Below, piece by piece: positions 26,801 to 31,054 of a stretch of DNA of 31,054 bases. Under the pieces are notes generated by a model. It did no database searches. It had not been told where the DNA came from and saw only the letters and a program-made list of their open reading frames with translations. The stretch's first letter is position 1. The number at the start of each line of letters is the position of its first letter. The stretch comes from a virus (taxonomy: Duplodnaviria > Caudoviricetes). A program made the position numbers and the translations under genes. The stretch covers positions 1-31,054 of IMG/VR virus record IMGVR_UViG_3300045424_000096; one strand, given 5' to 3'.

Positions 26801-27050
26801 GTGATCTGCCCTGAGATGCTCTAGGTGCTGCACTAGGGCTACTTGGAGCAACATTGCTAGCAGAAGCCTTAAGTGAATTGATTGAGTCTATTAAAGAAGA
26901 TTTTAAGCCATCAATGGCTTTTGAAAGTGAATCTATACTTGATGAAAATTCTGCCGATCCCAACTTGACATTTACAGCGATTGTTTCAACCGCTTTAACC
27001 ATATCGGAAGTGAATTCTGATTCAGACTGCAATGGGATATCGGTTGCCAT
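23880..27050 (-). CDS. tail tape measure protein
   Basis: Follows the frameshifted chaperone pair; long helical Ala/Gly-rich and hydrophobic amphipathic region; ADGG...GTDTVPAMLTPGEEVV motif common in TMPs. Confidence 0.88.
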   Translation of the reverse strand: MATDIPLQSESEFTSDMVKAVETIAVNVKLGSAEFSSSIDSLSKAIDGLKSSLIDSINSLKASASNVAPSSPSAAPRASQGRSPSSQDPAVARQKEEDKRIKAEVKALNLKTAQERAIFNAKKLQLQIESVNEGKTTRRKKTDADTQQQSIEEVFENVGKGFGDVFAVTKEQVSAMTKSGKKGKKEKPFEMDMGALSGSSVKKEAGKGVDIAPQFIGDIMNASAAWNNVFANAAESASKWKDVFSIADESRPKQTKEFDPGTDFADPIIRILEQTSEEMASVVKAVEYSGGDSYDIKEEAKKEESKKVEEQVPLVGPTQKGAREYQLKQEDASIKKGVDNFGILFEAMFGKMGKSVQNVIATTISGINQSFSGKSPILDFVKSIFGASPVGGGSKGEPKGEPKGEPKGKPKGGITIPTFDYEAMDAEGNETKDTVDAATEEEAYNKIKQLGLVVTKLTQSKKGVNFAGSKGLAGIFDSIFSSIGSMFSGGESSGSSDGNDPSSKPDEGFPGGINGDDFPDQKPTKYFAEGTKPKSGMGGIFEGIGSVFGNMFGGKKKKKKKKSLLNNDENNWDTDTNYENKYKNYRADGGEIDDEDTPFKPKGTDTVPAMLTPGEEVVKKSAAEKPENKAAIDAMNKSSGGKVGYFAGGTPGGGGKGIVGGLASLALGPVGQAFSVLTGSVKAASDAIGMFGSFVAKNNPAIMEQVNLAMNDLQGVIGRALVPVVQRLIPVLRFLGDGVDFVMKMLMPAITPIANAFATLAMPLIELEAVVAQFLAPAFEIVAVAVEGFAIMLDPVIQILAEIVESFTQLVQSFLGGIPITKAMKDGFEILGQVVKMLVGSIVTVLGLFMSGMGVILQLAGLLISGFGSMVKGIGDLLSYIPGMKTIGSALSAAGTAVGDSGKSVQASGSDLQKKGEEQRDRGLAKMGEGFENIVGKFSDPDYKMKDNTRYKSGDVTGVGIKKGSSVGAAVRETQSTSISGVGDEVRKQALMAATGAKTQEESLKDISDKLSKDNLRDAFKDGMIAANGADKGNAGIQGKDPFSRAGHSKPTSAPV
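25816..25870 (-). repeat. 12-bp tandem repeat (~4.6 copies) encoding (PKGE)n linker in the TMP
   Basis: CCTTTAGGTTCT units starting at 25816 (variant), 25828, 25840, 25852 and 25864 (partial). Confidence 0.9.
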
Positions 27051-27052
27051 TT

Positions 27053-27409
27053 TTATTTCCTTGGAACTTCACCATATTTTTGCTTCCAAGACTCAATCAT
27101 CTGCTTACTACTGGCCCCGATCATAGCACCCATTTTCATAAAATTATCAAATTTATTCAACAACAAATCCTGTGTACTTATCTGTTTTCTTCTTTGATTC
27201 CATTCGTGTTGTTCATCAGGTATAGTCACAGGAACACCTTTATCATCCCTAGTTCTATAATACAGTTCAATGATCTGCCTATCCGTCAAACGCTCTATTT
27301 CCCAAGGGCGAAGAAGATAAGGCTTGTCCATTAAATTAACAAAATAGTTTTTTAAATTAGGTGGAGGTATTGGTTCATTTGTTGCCTGACCATTTACCCC
27401 CTCCTTGCG
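27053..27409 (-). CDS. tail assembly chaperone, -1 frame extension (gpT-like part of gpGT)
   Basis: The -1 frame is open from the slippery site (RKEGVNGQATNEPIPPPNLKNYFVNLMDKPYLLRPWEIERLTDRQI...) to TAA at 27053; PWEIERLT is typical of gpT-like segments. Confidence 0.8.
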   Translation of the reverse strand, partial: RKEGVNGQATNEPIPPPNLKNYFVNLMDKPYLLRPWEIERLTDRQIIELYYRTRDDKGVPVTIPDEQHEWNQRRKQISTQDLLLNKFDNFMKMGAMIGASSKQMIESWKQKYGEVPRK

Positions 27410-27816
27410 TTTGGGAAACTCTTCTCCCGAACTATTTCCATCACAGCTTCAAATCTTTCCTTCTCTGACATCATCAAAGATTGCACTTCATTTTCTGGGG
27501 CAGAAAACAATGATGCTGCTAATGCAATTGCACCAGAAGGTGTAGACATTGCTGCTATGGATAGTTCGCTTCCAAAAGAATATGCTCCAGAAGCAATATC
27601 CCTTGTTACAGAAGATATCGCTTCACGGAACTCAACTGGCTCAAGATTGTTCTTGAGAGAAAATACAGCATCTAACGCTTTCTTTTCCATTCTCTTTTCA
27701 AAGTCAGCTTTAACTTTTTGTGTAATGAGTCCAGCGGTATATTTCTTACCGTTAAATTCAATAGTTAAAGACCCTTCGCCTTCGGAATTAAGAAGGCTGT
27801 TTACTGTATCTGACAT
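27394..27816 (-). CDS. tail assembly chaperone (gpG-like)
   Basis: Between the tail tube and TMP genes; ends with the slippery heptamer; RBS AAAGGA. Confidence 0.8.
   Translation of the reverse strand: MSDTVNSLLNSEGEGSLTIEFNGKKYTAGLITQKVKADFEKRMEKKALDAVFSLKNNLEPVEFREAISSVTRDIASGAYSFGSELSIAAMSTPSGAIALAASLFSAPENEVQSLMMSEKERFEAVMEIVREKSFPNARRG
27409..27415 (-). other. -1 programmed ribosomal frameshift heptamer C CCA AAC
   Basis: In-frame X XXY YYZ at codons TTC CCA AAC (FPN), three sense codons before the stop; the -1 frame joins the downstream ORF. Confidence 0.85.
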
Positions 27817-27834
27817 ATGCTTCCTTTCAAAATT

Positions 27835-28224
27835 TTAACCAACAATAAAACTAAACTGTCCATAAGTTGCAAAAGTAAGGCTCATCTTTTGGATGTCTTT
27901 TACCGCTGCATCATAATTGATAGCAGTTAATACACAATTGGTTATTGTGTATGTAACAGGATTTACCGCATCTTCGCTGTTATCATCGATAATAACAATC
28001 GATCCAGTCGATCCAACTTTCAATCCGTATCCGTCAATAACTTCAAGCAAATCACAAGTTATTTCAGCCGAATACAATCCAATAACATGGGAATCAAATC
28101 CCATGTTGTTGAAATTAGTCGAGTCAATTGTTTCCGCTTTACTGTTAACGGATATATTGGTTGCTGGAACACCTTCCAAATCACCAATCGATAATTTACC
28201 ATATCTTCCTGAGAGAATAGCCAT
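27835..28224 (-). CDS. tail tube-like protein 2
   Basis: ATG at 28224 after AAGGAG (MAILSGRYGKL); AETIDSTNF...IGLYSAEIT pattern of siphovirus tail tubes; paralogous to the upstream gene. Confidence 0.7.
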   Translation of the reverse strand: MAILSGRYGKLSIGDLEGVPATNISVNSKAETIDSTNFNNMGFDSHVIGLYSAEITCDLLEVIDGYGLKVGSTGSIVIIDDNSEDAVNPVTYTITNCVLTAINYDAAVKDIQKMSLTFATYGQFSFIVG

Positions 28225-28240
28225 TATTAAATCTCCTTGA

Positions 28241-28744
28241 TTAGAATGCAACTTCGCCAAAGTTAACGGTAGCAGATGCAGAAGGAATCAAAGTCAATTT
28301 AACCTTCTGAACATCTTTAACAGGCACATCATAAGTGACCGCAGTAACCGTACAGTTTTCAAAAATAAATGTTAACGGATCGCCACCATAAGGCCCATAT
28401 TCATTTGTTCCTAATGTAGCTTCAGTTGATGTTGGGCTTAAACCTAAAAATGCCCCCCTGCCACCAGTAGGAGAAAGCTCTACATCAGCCTTCATGCCAG
28501 CAAAAATGGGTGGCAATGCAACCTTATCGTAAAGAATTTCAACAGTTATTTCTGCACTTTTGATGCCTGGAACTAATCCTGTGAAACCATTAGTTGCAAA
28601 GCTAGATGCATCAGGTGTATCTATTTTTGTAGCTATGCTTGCGGTTGTAACCGGAAGGGTTCCAGTACCTACGGTTCCATCAGTTCTAAGCATACCAAAC
28701 AAGGCTATTTTGCCTGTTAAAAAATAATTTGTGACTGCTGCCAT
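28241..28744 (-). CDS. tail tube-like protein 1 (major tail protein)
   Basis: DTPDASSF...VPGIKSAEITVEILYD and NCTVTAVTYDVPVKDVQKVKLTL; RBS AAGGAG; follows the tail terminator. Confidence 0.72.
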   Translation of the reverse strand: MAAVTNYFLTGKIALFGMLRTDGTVGTGTLPVTTASIATKIDTPDASSFATNGFTGLVPGIKSAEITVEILYDKVALPPIFAGMKADVELSPTGGRGAFLGLSPTSTEATLGTNEYGPYGGDPLTFIFENCTVTAVTYDVPVKDVQKVKLTLIPSASATVNFGEVAF

Positions 28745-28759
28745 ATTTAACTCCTTAAG

Positions 28760-29239
28760 TTAAATTAAACCCTGTTCCATGAACCCATATGATACACGAA
28801 AACCAGTAACATTGTAAACTACATTCGGGTTGCTGTTGACGGAAAACGGTTGAATTCCCTTTACCATAACTCTTGAAGGGCTAATAGACCCTGGGAATTG
28901 ACCTATTTGAAAAACTTCTTTTCTTATTTTGTATCTGTCATCAAGATCCGTATACACAAGATCCCTTGCATACTCTTGAATGTAATAAACCCTGATTGAA
29001 TATATGTACTCAGATATACCGCCAAGGGCCTCTATCCCTAATTCTTCGCCTTCTTCTGATGGTGCTATCACTACGCATGGAAACACATCAGATTCTCTTA
29101 TTACCGCACCCTTACGCTTGTAAACAGTATAAGTTAAAGCAACCAAGTTTTCTGCAACAGTATCCATGATCGTAGTGTAACGATCTGCTGCATTGACTGC
29201 CATTATTGGCCTTGGTTTGCGATATATTCTGTTATTCAT
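28760..29239 (-). CDS. putative tail terminator/completion protein
   Basis: Position before the tail tube genes; FPCVVIAP motif like gpU-type terminators; start uncertain (29239 or 29203). Confidence 0.55.
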   Translation of the reverse strand: MNNRIYRKPRPIMAVNAADRYTTIMDTVAENLVALTYTVYKRKGAVIRESDVFPCVVIAPSEEGEELGIEALGGISEYIYSIRVYYIQEYARDLVYTDLDDRYKIRKEVFQIGQFPGSISPSRVMVKGIQPFSVNSNPNVVYNVTGFRVSYGFMEQGLI

Positions 29240-29241
29240 GT

Positions 29242-29562
29242 TTAACTCTGTTGAGTGCAATCAAGACCGTAATATTCTCTGTTTCCAGCGTTATCAATTT
29301 GGTTAACATAATACTTAACCGAATTAACATCCGTTATTTCGCAATCAATCATTGGCTTAAAACCGCCAAGATTAGCTTTCCACACTAAAAACCTAGTTAT
29401 ATGCTCAACTATAGCTACACCACTTTGATCGGTGTAAGCTAATGTCATTGCTCTTCTAAAACCATAATTTGTCGTAGCAGTAACATTGTCCGTATTCTTC
29501 AAAATCAATACTTCTGGATTATCAAAAACATTATATTCTTGAGACAAATTTAGCGTAGGCAT
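29242..29562 (-). CDS. putative head closure/head-tail joining protein
   Basis: 106-aa beta-rich protein after the adaptor; ATG at 29562 with AAGGGG upstream. Confidence 0.55.
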   Translation of the reverse strand: MPTLNLSQEYNVFDNPEVLILKNTDNVTATTNYGFRRAMTLAYTDQSGVAIVEHITRFLVWKANLGGFKPMIDCEITDVNSVKYYVNQIDNAGNREYYGLDCTQQS

Positions 29563-29571
29563 ACACACCCC

Positions 29572-29784
29572 TTACATGAATTGTGTCTTGTATGTTTGCG
29601 GATTCACATAAGTCAAAAGCTTGTTTACTTGCGTAATATGCTGCAAAGTCTGCTGCCTCCACTCTGTCCTAGAAACAGCAACACCTTCCCATGAATAAGA
29701 AGGTTGAGGGCTTGCAGAATCAGCCACCAATGCGTTTATATAGTTGTCTCTTATAGTCAGGAGGTTTTCGGCTGGAGTTGGCAT
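29572..29784 (-). CDS. putative head-tail adaptor (lambda gpW-like)
   Basis: 70 aa, helix / PSYSWEGVAVSR hairpin / helix layout like gpW; RBS AGAGGT; follows the capsid gene. Confidence 0.6.
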   Translation of the reverse strand: MPTPAENLLTIRDNYINALVADSASPQPSYSWEGVAVSRTEWRQQTLQHITQVNKLLTYVNPQTYKTQFM

Positions 29785-29795
29785 AATAACCTCTT

Positions 29796-29831
29796 AAAAA
29801 GAAAGCTAGGGGCCAAGAACTGACCCCCAGC
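29796..29831 (-). terminator. Rho-independent terminator after the major capsid gene
   Basis: - strand GCTGGGGGTCA-GTTCT-TGGCCCCTAGC followed by TTTCTTTTT. Confidence 0.8.
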
Positions 29832-29846
29832 CTAGGGTAGGTAGGA

Positions 29847-31052
29847 CTAAGCAGGGAGTCCTTGAACAACATAACGAGGATCAGCAACACCAGCAGAACC
29901 CCACCAAGAAGCCTTGATGGCAACAGCAATGTCCTGATTAAACTCAGCCCAGTTATTCGCAGGGGCTTGAACAACTTCCATAGGCTTGGCTTCTCTCCAA
30001 ACAAATGCTTTCTTGAAGTTACCCAAGTAAACATATTTGTCTGCGGTGGAAGCAGCAATACCGCTGGTTACCAACAGGTTTCTCGCATGAGCGGATGTGA
30101 GAAGACCATAGTTGTTATCCAATGGGTTAGGACTTTCCAACTGCTCGACATCACCAGAAGTGGCAAAAGGCCCATTTTTGGTAACCGTCTGAGGATTCAA
30201 GATCCTAGAAGCAGTATACTTTTGGAAAGGCATAACAAGCATTTGCATACCAGGGCCAAAGATGTCGATTGGCTTACCAGTATTGGGGTCTTTCATCTGG
30301 TAGAACAATTGTTCTAGCGTATTAATGCTAGCAAAATTGCTCAACGCATAAGAAGTCACCTTGTTGATGAAACCAAAGGTCATGCCAGCTTGAGCGGTTG
30401 CTGAATAGGTATTGAGAGTAGCTTCTGCACCAGCAGCAGTACCGTATACATAGCTACCTGTGAGGCCGAGTACCGTGTTAAGAATTCTCTCTTCACGCAC
30501 TAGACCGCAATAAGTACCTACGGATTCAGCAGATGCTAAAGCCTGTGAAGTCTTATCCGAATAAATCATTTCTGCGGTAATCGCACAAATTCGACCCACC
30601 TTTTCGATGGCTGGAAGTCGTACATAGTTACCAGAGAACTGGGTTTGTGGATAAGGCATACCAGGTTGAACCACTTCTGGCGAAGGACTGATGTCCGATA
30701 GCCAAGGGATCAACTCACTAGCAAGGTTTTGACCAGCAGGGATGGTCGATACAAGTTGATCACCAATGAATGATGCTAACTTATACTTTTCTTGAACCGT
30801 GGTGATAAGGATCTGACCTGTGATGGCAGCAAAGTTAGAAGCATCAACTGCCTCGGTTGCTTCCATAAAGGTTCGATCAGGGCCATTGAAACGATTAAGC
30901 TGTTCAGCCCAATCATCGCCCATGATGCCTTCTGCAAGGCCTCTAAGGGAAATTCTGCTTACAGCGATATCGCCTTTGGAAATGGATTCCGAAAAGAACG
31001 CCTTGGTTTTAGCTAAACCATTCTGTTGGCCGAATTCCTTCAGCTTTTTACC
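29847..31052 (-). CDS. major capsid protein (HK97 fold), 5' truncated by window
   Basis: Frame is open to the window edge (GKKLKEFGQQNG...LRGLAEGIMGDDW...); EAVDASNFAAITG, VQPGMPYP, KVGRICAITAEMIYSD, WGSAGVADPRY; followed by a terminator and connector genes. Confidence 0.85.
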   Translation of the reverse strand, partial: GKKLKEFGQQNGLAKTKAFFSESISKGDIAVSRISLRGLAEGIMGDDWAEQLNRFNGPDRTFMEATEAVDASNFAAITGQILITTVQEKYKLASFIGDQLVSTIPAGQNLASELIPWLSDISPSPEVVQPGMPYPQTQFSGNYVRLPAIEKVGRICAITAEMIYSDKTSQALASAESVGTYCGLVREERILNTVLGLTGSYVYGTAAGAEATLNTYSATAQAGMTFGFINKVTSYALSNFASINTLEQLFYQMKDPNTGKPIDIFGPGMQMLVMPFQKYTASRILNPQTVTKNGPFATSGDVEQLESPNPLDNNYGLLTSAHARNLLVTSGIAASTADKYVYLGNFKKAFVWREAKPMEVVQAPANNWAEFNQDIAVAIKASWWGSAGVADPRYVVQGLPA

Positions 31053-31054
31053 TA

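Noticed and set aside
29720-30058. Alternative-frame ORF running past the capsid stop (possible frameshifted capsid extension)
   Set aside because: No slippery site near the capsid 3' end, the frame crosses the terminator, and the product has no recognisable domain; in-frame TAG read-through meets another TAG after 4 codons.
1-31054. Stop-codon reassignment, integrase, or defence/anti-defence system
   Set aside because: Genes tile densely under the standard code with TAA, TAG and TGA all used as stops; no integrase, transposase or known defence domain was recognised.

Overview
A 31-kb segment of a tailed dsDNA phage genome with siphovirus-type tail architecture, standard genetic code and AT-rich composition. 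On the + strand at the left is a replication module: an SF2 RadD/YejH-like helicase and a Prim-Pol fused to a P-loop NTPase. It converges on a small - strand packaging operon (63-aa ORF, putative TerS, TerL) that lies far from the head genes and is divergent from a two-gene + strand island (KTSC-like protein, small helical protein). From 7481 to the end, everything is on the - strand. In transcription order: major capsid protein (partial), head-tail connectors, two paralogous tail-tube genes, tail chaperones with a -1 frameshift, tape measure protein, tail tip and fibre genes, an atypical lysis-like cassette (holin-like protein, HNH, exported protein, papain-like C1 peptidase, Cys-rich peptide, no recognisable muralytic endolysin), and two further large virion proteins. 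The most notable observations are (i) a segment resembling the N-terminus of the type IV pilus/T2SS platform protein PilC/GspF inside the tape measure protein, (ii) an HNH gene whose conserved 5' half has no start codon and could be reached by a frameshift on a T7 run at the upstream stop, and (iii) a candidate protease-based lysis cassette. Several motifs suggest a Planctomycetota host (inference). All family assignments come from motif recognition by eye; no searches were run.
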